Source: Sedimentisphaerales bacterium (GTDB lineage Bacteria; Planctomycetota; Phycisphaerae; Sedimentisphaerales; Anaerobacaceae). Taken from it: a stretch of DNA of 64,000 bases. The notes below the pieces were generated by a model that made no database searches, had not been told where the DNA came from, and worked only from the letters and a program-made list of their open reading frames with translations. The translations under genes were made by a program, and so were the position numbers. Numbering within the stretch: position 1 is the stretch's first letter; each line of letters starts with the position of its first letter. The stretch spans positions 3,968,001-4,032,000 of the forward strand of contig OY970194.1 of assembly GCA_963708075.1 (NCBI GenBank). Direction: 5' to 3'. This document shows positions 1 through 9,634 of the stretch, piece by piece.

Positions 1-2
1 AG

Positions 3-332
3 GACCCGGTCGTGGCAAAGGCGCTGCGATTCATCCGGGGCCACGCACGTGACATTCTGTCCGTCGAGGACGTGGTGGAAGCCACGGCCATCTCCCGGCG
101 GCCCCTCGAACGCCATTTCCGACGGGCCGTGGGAATCAGTATCCACAAGGAAATCCAGCGTGTTCGCGTCGAGCGGGCCTGCCAAATGCTCGTCGAGACC
201 AACTGGTCCCTGGCGAATATCGCCGAGCGGTGCGGGTTCTCGAACGCTATCCACTTCGGCGTCGCATTCAAACGGCAAATGAGGGTCACGCCCGAGCAGC
301 ATCGCAGGGGATCCGTGGGTGCCGACCACTGA
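3..332 (+). CDS. XylR/AraC-family transcriptional regulator, C-terminal HTH domain (5'-partial)
   Basis: DPVVAKALRFIR..SVEDVV..SRRPLERHFRR..ACQML..SLANIAERCGFS..FKRQMRVTP is a typical AraC double HTH; the frame is open to the window start. Confidence 0.9.
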   Translation, partial: DPVVAKALRFIRGHARDILSVEDVVEATAISRRPLERHFRRAVGISIHKEIQRVRVERACQMLVETNWSLANIAERCGFSNAIHFGVAFKRQMRVTPEQHRRGSVGADH

Positions 333-344
333 TCCATCCGGTGG

Positions 345-368
345 GTAGGGGCGAAACCTCTTTCGCCC
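345..368 (+). repeat. GTAG-type REP-like palindrome GTAGGGGCGAAACCTCTTTCGCCC
   Basis: GTAG tetranucleotide plus GGGCGAAA/TTTCGCCC stem; related copies at 4626-4652 (minus) and 7973-7996. Confidence 0.7.
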
Positions 369-393
369 GCATGAATGGTGTCGTAACGAATGT

Positions 394-426
394 CGCAAAA
401 TCGAAGGCGAAAGACGCAAAATCGAA
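394..426 (+). promoter_or_regulatory. Putative XylR/AraC operator: CGCAAAATCGAA direct repeat with 21-bp period
   Basis: Identical 12-mers start at 394 and 415, between the regulator gene and the prepilin gene. Confidence 0.6.
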
Positions 427-490
427 TACATCTATGCACCCGGTTGTCCGATAATGATCGTGGCTGATTGTATGTGCATGGACGACCTTT

Positions 491-561
491 GATTTACGAT
501 TTATGATTTGCGAATTATGATTCTGGCTCCCGCCCCCACCAAATCGTAAACCGAAAATCAT
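491..561 (+). repeat. Heptamer-array hairpin element (GATTT[A/G][C/T] arms around a CTGGCTCCCGCCCC core), copy 1
   Basis: Near-identical to the reverse complement of 1473-1549. Confidence 0.8.
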
Positions 562-576
562 ACGTGGGAGACAACC

Positions 577-1380
577 ATGGAGCGACGGGCGTTCACACTG
601 ATCGAGTTGCTGGTGGTCATCGCCATCATCGCGGTGCTCATGGCGATCCTCATGCCGTCCCTGAACGTCGCCAGGGAGCAGGCACGCAGCCTCAACTGTC
701 GGGGCAATGTGCGGACCCTGACCCTCGCATGGCTGATCTACAAGGACGAGAACGACGCGAAGCTCGTCGGCGGTTTCCCTGAGCGGGTGACCGAGAGCCC
801 CAAGAGCCCCTGGGTACAAATTCCGCCGGGGGGAGTGAATGCCTCGGTGGAGGAGAAGAAAGAATACATCAAGCGGGGCATGCTGTGGCCCTACGTCAAA
901 GAGATCGACGTGTACCGGTGCCCCTCGGATAAGCGCAAGAACAGCCCTTACCACAAGTACGCCTTCCGCACCTATTCGATTGCCGGCGGCATGAACGGGG
1001 TGAGAAGCGAAAGCCCGTTCGAGTGGGAGATCATCCCCTGTGTCCGGTACACGGAAATCAAGCAGCCCGCCACCAAGTATGTCTTTCTGGCCGAGTGCGA
1101 CCCCCGAGGTTACAACATGGGTTCGTGGGTCATGTACCCGAAGAGCAAGCGGTGGGTCGATCCGTTCGGCATCTGGCATCGCGACAACAGCAGCACACTG
1201 GGTTTCGCGGACGGCCATGTCGATATGCACAGGTTCTACAGCCGGGGGCTGATTGAGTGGAATCTGAAGGCCCTGCATGAACCCGGGAGTTTCCAATTCA
1301 CCAGGCCTCCTCAGGACAATGAGGAGATGGCGGACTTCGAGTTCATGCTGAAAGGCTACGCGTACAGGTCGCTTCTGTAG
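577..1380 (+). CDS. Prepilin-type N-terminal cleavage/methylation protein with C-terminal H-X9-DG motif (planctomycete pseudopilin, DUF1559-like)
   Basis: [56 protein letters not shown]. Confidence 0.93.
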   Translation: MERRAFTLIELLVVIAIIAVLMAILMPSLNVAREQARSLNCRGNVRTLTLAWLIYKDENDAKLVGGFPERVTESPKSPWVQIPPGGVNASVEEKKEYIKRGMLWPYVKEIDVYRCPSDKRKNSPYHKYAFRTYSIAGGMNGVRSESPFEWEIIPCVRYTEIKQPATKYVFLAECDPRGYNMGSWVMYPKSKRWVDPFGIWHRDNSSTLGFADGHVDMHRFYSRGLIEWNLKALHEPGSFQFTRPPQDNEEMADFEFMLKGYAYRSLL

Positions 1381-1472
1381 GGTGGAGCAGGCTCCGCCCC
1401 GCGATTGGCCCGGCGCGACGCACATGCGTTCGCAGAAAGGAGGTGGTACGGAAGGAGACCTTCGGCAATTCA

Positions 1473-1549
1473 CGATTTGCGATTTGCGATTTGCGATTTA
1501 CGACTTGGCAGGGGCGGGAGCCAGATCATAATTCGTAAATCGTAAATCG
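1473..1549 (-). repeat. Heptamer-array hairpin element, copy 2 (inverted relative to 491-561)
   Basis: (CGATTTG)3 CGATTTA ... GGGGCGGGAGCCAG ATCATAATTCGTAAATCGTAAATCG. Confidence 0.8.
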
Positions 1550-1598
1550 GTTGTGGCAAGGGCAACTTACATGACTTGATTAGGGCTGGAGGAATACT

Positions 1599-4595
1599 AT
1601 GTGCAAGAGAACGACGTGTGTGATTGTCACGCTCATGATCGTGGCGGGCTGGATGGGCACGACGGCGATGGGGCAGGTTCCAGACAAGGACGGCCTGGTC
1701 CTGTGGCTCGACGCCTCTCAGACCGACACAATCGTGAAAGATGCCACCGGCAAGGTCAGTCGGTGGAATGACCTCTCCGGGAACAACTATTACGCCGAGC
1801 AGACCGCCGCCGCCAACCAGCCGACGTTCGCCGCCGGCGTCATAAGAGGCAAACCGGCCGTGGATTTCGGCAACTGGGTCTCCGGCAATGCCCTGGGTCT
1901 CTGGATGCAGTTCAAGAACGCCTCCGGCGCCGACCAGAACGTCAACACCATCCGAACGGTGTTCGCCGTCGTTCGGGGCTCGGCCTTTCTGCTGACCCAT
2001 TCCGCCAGCTACCACTTCCATCGCGATCGCAATGGCCTGGGTGCGGTGACAGTGGGCTTCTGGGATGCGTCGTACACCCATGCCAATATCAGGAATGGCA
2101 AGACCTTTCTCAATGGCACACAGGTGACCGATCTGGCAACGCCCTGGCCGGACGACTGGTCGATCATCAGTCTCGTTACGACGGGCAACGTCGAAGCCAA
2201 CCGGCTCTGCAACGACCGCGTATATCGATCGGGTGGAAACAAGTATGGCGAAATCCTGATCTACAATCGCGAGCTGACCGACACGGAACGAACCGGTGTA
2301 GAGGCCTATCTCACGCAGAAGTGGTTCGCCTCTGCCGGGGACCCGCAACCGGCGAACGGCGCGGTGGATGTGGCTCGCTTGGCGACCCTGAGCTGGTCGG
2401 CAGGCAAGGACGTTGTCACGCATGACGTCTACTTCGGGACATCTTCCGATGATGTGAGCAACGCCAGCCGAGCCGATCCGAAGGGCGTGCTGGTCAGCCA
2501 GGGGCATACGGACACCACGTACGCTCCTTCCATCCGATTGGAGATTGACCGGGCTTACTACTGGCGTGTCGACGAGGTCGGTGCGGCGCCGGGCAACGCG
2601 ACCGTCAAAGGCAGTGTCTGGAGCTTCACGGCCGAGGCGTATTCCATACCGGTCAGGAACGTGACAGCCAAGGCCTCCAGTCAGAACGGCCCGACTACAG
2701 GTCCCGAGAAGACCGTCGATGGCTCCGGCCTGGCCCCCAGCGATCAGCACTCCACGCTGGACGCAGACATGTGGCTCAGCGGCCCCGGCAGTCCGCAATG
2801 GATCCAGTATGAATTCGGCAAGACTGTAAAACTCGATCAAATGCTGGTCTGGAATTCGAACCAGGGATATGAGCCCCTCTTCGGTTTCGGAGCGAAACAG
2901 GTAGTGGTAGACTACTCCGCGGACGGACAGACCTGGAGCAAACTGGGCGAGTTTGAATTTGCCCGGGCGCCGGGCACCGCCGCCTGCACGGCGGATACGA
3001 AGGTGCCCTTTGGTGGCGTGACGGCACGATACGTGAAGCTGACGATCCAGAGCAACTGGGGCAATCTGACGCTGGGATACGGCTTGAGCGAGGTGCGCTT
3101 CCTGGCCGTGCCGACCTCGGCGAGAGAGCCGGACCCGGCTGACGGCGCTACCAATGTGTCGCCGGCGGTAACGCTGAACTGGCGGCCCGGACGCGAGGCC
3201 GGGACCCACGAGGTCTATCTCGGCACAGATCCCAATGCCCTGGCCTTGGCCGCGACGGTAACGCAGCCCTCCCTCGAGATGTCATTCAACCTGGACGAAA
3301 CCTATTACTGGAAAGTCAACGAGGTCAACGCGGTGAAAGACCCGGCCTCATGGGAAAGCGACGTCTGGAGTCTCTCCACCCAGCCGTACATCGTGGTGGA
3401 CGACTTCGAAAGCTACACGAATGAGTCTCCCAAGAGGCTGTTCCAGACATGGATCGATGGATTGGGCTTCTCGCCTGACGACTTCTTCCCCGAAGGCGGC
3501 AAAGGCAACGACTCAGGCGCCTTGGTCGGCTACGATCCCCTGGCGGGTGATATCGCGGAAACGGTCAGAGTCAATAGCGGCAGCCAGTCCATGCCGATAT
3601 TCTATGATAACTCCACCGCCAGCTTCTCGGAGGCCGGGCGCACGCTTGCTGAGCCACAGGATTGGAGCAAACACGGCATCAAGACGCTGTCCCTGGCCTT
3701 CCACGGCGATCCGAACAACACCGGACAGATGTACATCAAGATCAACAGCACGAAGATCCCCTACAACGGCAAGACCGAGGACATCAAGCGGACGTTGTGG
3801 CAGCCGTGGAATATCGACTTGGCCTCAACGGGCGCGAACCTGACGAGCACTACGAAACTGGCCATTGGGGTCGATGGCGCCGCGGCGGCCGGCGTGCTGT
3901 ACATCGACGACATCCGCCTGTATCCACAAGCGGGCGAACTGATCGTGCCGGTCGATCCGGGTACGACGGGCCTGGTTGCCCATTACAAGTTCGACGGCAA
4001 TCTCAAAGACTCCGCAGGCACACACGACGGTATCGCCCTGGGTGACGCCAAGACCGCCAGCGATCCCGCCAGGGGCCAGGTCCTGTCGCTCGATGGGGTC
4101 GGCGATGCCGTGGATGTCCCGCTCCTTGGCACGTCGAGCGCGGTCACGATCAGCATGTGGGTCAATTCGGCGGTCGATACCACCAACCTGGATTTTGCCG
4201 GCATGTTCCACAGCGACGGCTGGGAAGCCGGCGATGTTCACTGGCGATTCAGCTACGCCAGGGTCGATGGCGGCTTCTACGGTTTCGCGAATCTCAGCGG
4301 CAGATCGAGAGTCAAGCCCAATGTGTGGTACCACGTGGCAGCGATCGTAACGCCTACGGAATGGATGTTGTGGCTCGACGGCTTGAGAGATGGCGTAGCA
4401 ACGCTTGCAATACCCACCACGGTAACGCTGAGCGATGGCCTGATTGGCGCCTGGCTCGGGACCGATGGCGTCACGGTCGACCGTGAATTCACGGGCATGA
4501 TCGACGATGTGCGATTCTACAACCGCGCGTTGTCACAGGAAGAGCTTGGATGGCTGGCGGGCCGGACGGAACCATTCGCCAAACCGTTCAACTGA
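1599..4595 (+). CDS. Large secreted LamG-like/discoidin (F5/8-like) multidomain protein, paralogue 1
   Basis: Signal peptide, DVYFGT and YYWRVDEV modules, WIQYEF..VWNSN discoidin-like domain, VVDDFE module, C-terminal LamG (FTGMIDDVRFYNRALS); GGAGG RBS. Confidence 0.88.
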   Translation: MCKRTTCVIVTLMIVAGWMGTTAMGQVPDKDGLVLWLDASQTDTIVKDATGKVSRWNDLSGNNYYAEQTAAANQPTFAAGVIRGKPAVDFGNWVSGNALGLWMQFKNASGADQNVNTIRTVFAVVRGSAFLLTHSASYHFHRDRNGLGAVTVGFWDASYTHANIRNGKTFLNGTQVTDLATPWPDDWSIISLVTTGNVEANRLCNDRVYRSGGNKYGEILIYNRELTDTERTGVEAYLTQKWFASAGDPQPANGAVDVARLATLSWSAGKDVVTHDVYFGTSSDDVSNASRADPKGVLVSQGHTDTTYAPSIRLEIDRAYYWRVDEVGAAPGNATVKGSVWSFTAEAYSIPVRNVTAKASSQNGPTTGPEKTVDGSGLAPSDQHSTLDADMWLSGPGSPQWIQYEFGKTVKLDQMLVWNSNQGYEPLFGFGAKQVVVDYSADGQTWSKLGEFEFARAPGTAACTADTKVPFGGVTARYVKLTIQSNWGNLTLGYGLSEVRFLAVPTSAREPDPADGATNVSPAVTLNWRPGREAGTHEVYLGTDPNALALAATVTQPSLEMSFNLDETYYWKVNEVNAVKDPASWESDVWSLSTQPYIVVDDFESYTNESPKRLFQTWIDGLGFSPDDFFPEGGKGNDSGALVGYDPLAGDIAETVRVNSGSQSMPIFYDNSTASFSEAGRTLAEPQDWSKHGIKTLSLAFHGDPNNTGQMYIKINSTKIPYNGKTEDIKRTLWQPWNIDLASTGANLTSTTKLAIGVDGAAAAGVLYIDDIRLYPQAGELIVPVDPGTTGLVAHYKFDGNLKDSAGTHDGIALGDAKTASDPARGQVLSLDGVGDAVDVPLLGTSSAVTISMWVNSAVDTTNLDFAGMFHSDGWEAGDVHWRFSYARVDGGFYGFANLSGRSRVKPNVWYHVAAIVTPTEWMLWLDGLRDGVATLAIPTTVTLSDGLIGAWLGTDGVTVDREFTGMIDDVRFYNRALSQEELGWLAGRTEPFAKPFN

Positions 4596-4667
4596 CAGGT
4601 AACGCAGAGCTTGTGGGCGCAGCGGGTACGACGAATCATCATTCGCCCCTGCGTCATTGATTACGCA

Positions 4668-4710
4668 CAGGGGGCCTGGATCACTTCCTCCTTCTGGTCC
4701 AGGCCCCTTG
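4668..4710. terminator. GC-rich hairpin between convergent genes
   Basis: CAGGGGGCCTGGATCA / TGGTCCAGGCCCCTTG stem. Confidence 0.55.
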
Positions 4711-4741
4711 CCATTGAGGGCAGCCATCACTCACCATCTGC

Positions 4742-7438
4742 TCACCGGGCAATCTCCATTGCGCCGAGAACGTACCAGCCATCCACGATGGGCAGGTCTG
4801 TGCCCAGCCGAATCCAGGGAGCCGCGTCGCCGTCGTTTCGCGTGAGCGCCAGTGCGAGGCGGTATTTTCCGGCCTGAACATTCGAGTAGTTCACGCGGGC
4901 CTTCTCAATGGCAGGCCGGCCAGGCATCCACTTTGCCGGGTGACATTCCTGCGGCCACGCGGTATCAACTCGCTTGCCGCTCTCGTCCAGCAGCGCAACA
5001 GCCACCGCACACGGAATGTAGATGGGCGCAACGCCCTGGTTGACCCAGGTCAGCTCCAACTCAAAACCGTCTCTTGGTGCGCGGCCAGGATAGACTGCAC
5101 GGCGCAGATGGAAGTGATAGCCGATGCGGTTGGTCAGGTGTTCGATAAGCTCGCGGTTTTCGTGGAGCATCCGCAGCCCCGACTGGCCGCCGCGCCCGAG
5201 ATCCACCCACTTGGGCGTGACGTAGCCTTCCGGGGCGCCGCTGTGAGTGTTCGCACACATGATGCCGATGTTGCAGACCCTGCCGAGCCGGCCCCAAGCG
5301 TCGAGGAAACGATCCAGCGAGGCCCAGTTGTACTGCCCCTCTTGCGGTTCGACGCTCGCCCAGTCCAGCCGCATCACGCCCATGCCCAGAAGGCCGAGCA
5401 CCTCCTGGGGATGCCTGTTCGGCAGTCCTCCCGCCGACCAGCCTTTTCCCGGATTGAGCAACATGCCCGCCAGCGGCTTGGGTTCGAGCGTCACAATCCC
5501 GGCGGACTCCTCTTTCTTCACGGCCGGCACGAGGCGGATCGCCTGGCCGCATCGAGCGGGCAGCGCCACCTTCAGGACCGAGCTACGATTCACCGTGAGC
5601 CGCTCGATCTTGACATGGGTCCGTGTCGCCACCGCCGGATCGTCAGAGTAGATGTGCGCCGTGTATTTCCGGCCTTCGTCCAGGAACTGGAGAGGGACAT
5701 CGAGTGAGCGAGGTTCATCACTGTTCATAGCGCCGATGAACCAGTTGTCGCCGCTGCGCCGTGCGATCACTGCGTATTGGCCGATGCTGCCGTGAAGAAC
5801 CTTGGTGTCATCCCACACGGTGGGACATTGGGCGAAGAACTCCAGCTCCGGCTCGTCACCGATCACGTTATGGGCGTCCGGGGCGCGGCCTGTCACTTCA
5901 CGCGAGATGAACGGGCGGTCGTACCAGAACAGGAATTGCCACGGACTGTAGAAGCAGACCGCTTTCGCCAGTTGATAGGCGTGCGTGGCCTGGCGGTCCA
6001 CCCGCTCATCGTAGTAGCAGATCGTGTTGTCGCCGGGGCCCGCGAGCATACGCGTGAACAGCGTGGTCAGTGACACGGTGTTGGGCTGGCGTTCCTCGTC
6101 GCCGCGAATGCCCTCCTGGGTCATGAAATTCGGCCAGGTTCGCGACCAGCCCGTCGGGCGGTACTCGTCGTGCACATCGACCATCAACTGGTGCTCGGCG
6201 GCCTTGCGGATAGCCTCATGCATCCAGCTCGTCCATCGCTGGGAACCGACGTTGACGAAGCCGAATTTGATGCCCTTCACACCCCACCGCCGGTAGAGCG
6301 GCAGCAGCTCGTCCAACTGCCGCTCCAGGGCCTTGTGGTTCACGTAAAGGATGATGCCGATGCCTCGCTCGCCGGCGTAGCGGATCACCTCCTGCAAATC
6401 CAGCGGCCCCTTCGAGCGTTTGGGATCGAGGTTGACCGCTCGGGCGTCGGAGGCGTCATCATTCTCCGCTCCGTACCAGCCGGCGTCGAACTCGACATAT
6501 TGGAGGCCGTGCTTGACGGCGAAATCCACGCAGGCCTTGCCGCCGACGGTGCTTAGGGTCACTTCACGAATCACCTTGCCCGGCTTGATCCAGGAGGTAT
6601 CTCTGATGGCACACTCATCGTTGAGGTTGAGGATGATGTCGTTGCGTTCCAGCAACTGCCCGGGACTCTCGGCAAGCATGATCACCCGCCAGGGCGTCCG
6701 CAGCGGCAACGAGGAGGAAACCTCACTGCTTAGCTCAGCAGTCAGACTGTGCGGGACACCGGCCAGAGGCGCCAGCTTCATCCTCGCGTAGTCCACGAGC
6801 CGGGCCTCGGCCACCGCCGCATACCTGTCGTCCGCCAGTCGAACAACCAGCGGACGCTCACAACCTGCTTTGATCTGGCTGATCGGCACATTCGCATACA
6901 GGCCCTGCGCCGTGTAAGTCGCCCACGCGCTGAAGTCGGCCGGGAAGCGGAATTCCGTCATCTCCCGCGAGACAGTGACCCGCTCCATATCCGGCTGCTT
7001 CGGCAGGCTGTAGCAAAACGCCGCACCTTCATCGTAAGCCCGCAAAGTCACGTGCAGGAGTCGGTGCGGCGCGTTTCGCTCCTGTAACTCAACGATAACC
7101 TGATTGTAGTGGTCGCGGATCGTGCTTCGCTCGCCGTAGACGGGTTTCCAGTGAGCATCTATGCTGCTTTCCGTCTGGCGTACAATCTTCAGCCCCTCGG
7201 CAAGCGGCCCGGTCGCGAGAACAGGTCCCAGGCGAGACGAGGCAATCACGACCTTGCCATCGTACGTGACGCTGTAGACAGGGCACGAGGTCGCACCTTC
7301 AAAATCTCTCACTTCAAGCGAAAGGACCACCCGGCCGTCCGGCGACTTCACCTCCGCGGCGCCGGCCGCCTCAATGGTCCCAAGCAGAACGAGTGACAGG
7401 ACGAAGGATGCTGGTACCACCCTCGACATTTCTCGCAC
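4742..7438 (-). CDS. Glycoside hydrolase family 97 with a C-terminal DUF4832-like extension that appears internally deleted
   Basis: GH97 motifs LRAYDEGAAF, TPWRVIM, SWIKPGK, GIKFGF, WPNFMTQEGIRGDE, PTVWDDTKVL; tail NPGKGW...RIGYHF..WVNQGVAPIY; GTG start with AGGAG RBS. Confidence 0.88.
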   Translation of the reverse strand: MREMSRVVPASFVLSLVLLGTIEAAGAAEVKSPDGRVVLSLEVRDFEGATSCPVYSVTYDGKVVIASSRLGPVLATGPLAEGLKIVRQTESSIDAHWKPVYGERSTIRDHYNQVIVELQERNAPHRLLHVTLRAYDEGAAFCYSLPKQPDMERVTVSREMTEFRFPADFSAWATYTAQGLYANVPISQIKAGCERPLVVRLADDRYAAVAEARLVDYARMKLAPLAGVPHSLTAELSSEVSSSLPLRTPWRVIMLAESPGQLLERNDIILNLNDECAIRDTSWIKPGKVIREVTLSTVGGKACVDFAVKHGLQYVEFDAGWYGAENDDASDARAVNLDPKRSKGPLDLQEVIRYAGERGIGIILYVNHKALERQLDELLPLYRRWGVKGIKFGFVNVGSQRWTSWMHEAIRKAAEHQLMVDVHDEYRPTGWSRTWPNFMTQEGIRGDEERQPNTVSLTTLFTRMLAGPGDNTICYYDERVDRQATHAYQLAKAVCFYSPWQFLFWYDRPFISREVTGRAPDAHNVIGDEPELEFFAQCPTVWDDTKVLHGSIGQYAVIARRSGDNWFIGAMNSDEPRSLDVPLQFLDEGRKYTAHIYSDDPAVATRTHVKIERLTVNRSSVLKVALPARCGQAIRLVPAVKKEESAGIVTLEPKPLAGMLLNPGKGWSAGGLPNRHPQEVLGLLGMGVMRLDWASVEPQEGQYNWASLDRFLDAWGRLGRVCNIGIMCANTHSGAPEGYVTPKWVDLGRGGQSGLRMLHENRELIEHLTNRIGYHFHLRRAVYPGRAPRDGFELELTWVNQGVAPIYIPCAVAVALLDESGKRVDTAWPQECHPAKWMPGRPAIEKARVNYSNVQAGKYRLALALTRNDGDAAPWIRLGTDLPIVDGWYVLGAMEIAR

Positions 7439-7636
7439 AGTGTTTCTCCTTAAGGCCAACACAGGAACCTGCCATGTTACCGCCGATTGTAGCAGATCGC
7501 GTCACCGATCGTAAAGCTGCGGAGTTCACGAAACGAGTTTCCGCGGCCTGCCAGTGGACAGCCGAGAGCACGTTCGGTATCATCTGAGGCCTGTACGGTG
7601 ACAAATCCCGGCTCTGTTCTTGAAAAGGAGACAAGC

Positions 7637-9634
7637 ATGAGTCAACACCTGTCCTTACGTTCTTGCCTTGGGGCGATTGCATGTCTGATGGTCGTCACGG
7701 CAATCTGTGTGGGAGCCGAGCCCAATGCGCAGGCCTCCGGGCCGGCCGTTGCCGAGGTATCGGTCGACGCGTCTAAGATCAGGGAGCCGATTAGCCCTTA
7801 CATCTACGGCCAGTTCATCGAGCACCTGGGGCGATGCATCTACGGCGGCATTTGGGCGGAGATGCTGGAGGACCGCAAGTTCTACTTCCCCGTCCCGGCG
7901 GACAAGGAGATCTGGCGTCTCACCCGCGAGCAGGCCCGCGTGCTGGCCGCGTCCCCCTGGAAAGTGATCGGTGTAGGGGCGAATAATGATTCGCCCGTTC
8001 AGATGGTCAAACAGGATGCCTTTGTGGGCGACCACACGCCGCAGATCAATGCGCCAGGCAATGGGACTGTCGTGGGCGTCTATCAGGAGGAACTCGGGCT
8101 GGTCAAAGGCCGGACATATGTGGGATACCTGTATGTGGCCGCAGACGGCAAAGTGGCGCCCGTGACCGTCAGCCTGTCCTGGGGCCAGGCCGACGCGGAC
8201 AAGGCAGTGCAGACCGTTAAGTCGGTCGGTGCCAAGTACACCAAGGTTCCCTTCAAGTTCACGGCCGGAGCCGACAGTGACAATGGGCGGCTGGCGATCA
8301 CTACGAGCGGCAAGGGTAAGCTGAAGATCGGGTGCGTATCGCTGATGCCCGCCGATAATGTCGAAGGGTTCCGCAAGGACACACTCGAGCTGCTCAAGCA
8401 ACTCAACGCTCCAGTGTATCGGTGGCCGGGCGGCAACTTCGTGAGCGGCTATGACTGGCGGGACGGCTTGGGCGACCGGGACAAGAGACCCACCCGCACC
8501 AATCCGGCGTGGACCGGGATCGAAACCAACGACATGGGCATGCACGAATTCGTTCGCTTTTGCGAGCTGATCGGAACGGAGCCCATGATCGCGGTCAACA
8601 CGGGATTCGGCGACGCCTACTCGGCTGCCGCGGAGGTCGAATACGCCAATGGTTCGACCGAAACCCCGATGGGCAAGTGGCGGGCCAAGAATGGCGTCGC
8701 CAAGCCCTTCGGTGTCAAGTGGTGGTGCGTGGGCAATGAGATGTGGGGCAACTGGCAGCTTGGCTACATGCAATTGCGCCACTACGTATTGAAGCACAAC
8801 TGGGTCGAGGAGATGATGCGCAAGGTGGACCCGACGATCAAGACGGTGGGCAGCGGCGACGTGGGCGACGCGGGGCAGCGGAGCTGGACCCGGGGGATGC
8901 TCACAAGTTGTGCCGATCACATGGACCTGATCAGCGAGCACTTCTATTGCCGGGACAAGGAAGATATCCCGCAACACGTACAGCAGATCCCGAACAACGT
9001 CAAACGGATCGCGGATGCACATCGCAAGCTTCGTGAAGAACTGCCGTCGTTGAAGGGCAAAGATATTCGCATCGCCCTGGATGAGTGGAACTACTGGTAC
9101 GGGCCTCACGTCTTCGGCGAACTGGGCACCCGGTACTTCCTCAAGGACGCATTGGGCATCGCCGCGGGCCTGCACGAGTACTTCCGCAACAGCGACATCA
9201 TGTTCATGGCCAACTACGCCCAGACGGTCAATGTCATCGGGTGCATCAAGACCACCAAGACAGCCGCTGAGTTTGACTCTACAGGCATGCCTCTGATGCT
9301 GTATCGGCAGCACTTTGGCACGATCCCGATTGCTGTCGAGCACCAGGCAGCACCCCTGGATATCTCGGCCGCCCTAACGTCAGACAAGAAGGCTCTGACC
9401 ATCGCCGTGGTCAATCCCACCAAGGACACGACCCAACTGAAGTTGAATCTGGGTTCTGTCAAACTCGGGAGCAAGGCCCAGACCTGGGTCATCGCCGGGG
9501 ACGACCCCATGGCCTACAACCAGCCGGGCGAGTCACGCAAGGTGGACATCCAGGAGGCAGGGACCACGGATCTGGCCGGCGTTGTTTCTGTCAAGCCGTT
9601 GAGCATCACACTTTGGAAGGTGGCGGTCCAATGA
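7637..9634 (+). CDS. Alpha-L-arabinofuranosidase, GH51
   Basis: IYGQFIEHLGRCIYGG, RWPGGNF, VGNE, ALDEWN, ANYAQTVNV; AGGAG RBS before ATG 7637. Confidence 0.93.
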   Translation: MSQHLSLRSCLGAIACLMVVTAICVGAEPNAQASGPAVAEVSVDASKIREPISPYIYGQFIEHLGRCIYGGIWAEMLEDRKFYFPVPADKEIWRLTREQARVLAASPWKVIGVGANNDSPVQMVKQDAFVGDHTPQINAPGNGTVVGVYQEELGLVKGRTYVGYLYVAADGKVAPVTVSLSWGQADADKAVQTVKSVGAKYTKVPFKFTAGADSDNGRLAITTSGKGKLKIGCVSLMPADNVEGFRKDTLELLKQLNAPVYRWPGGNFVSGYDWRDGLGDRDKRPTRTNPAWTGIETNDMGMHEFVRFCELIGTEPMIAVNTGFGDAYSAAAEVEYANGSTETPMGKWRAKNGVAKPFGVKWWCVGNEMWGNWQLGYMQLRHYVLKHNWVEEMMRKVDPTIKTVGSGDVGDAGQRSWTRGMLTSCADHMDLISEHFYCRDKEDIPQHVQQIPNNVKRIADAHRKLREELPSLKGKDIRIALDEWNYWYGPHVFGELGTRYFLKDALGIAAGLHEYFRNSDIMFMANYAQTVNVIGCIKTTKTAAEFDSTGMPLMLYRQHFGTIPIAVEHQAAPLDISAALTSDKKALTIAVVNPTKDTTQLKLNLGSVKLGSKAQTWVIAGDDPMAYNQPGESRKVDIQEAGTTDLAGVVSVKPLSITLWKVAVQ

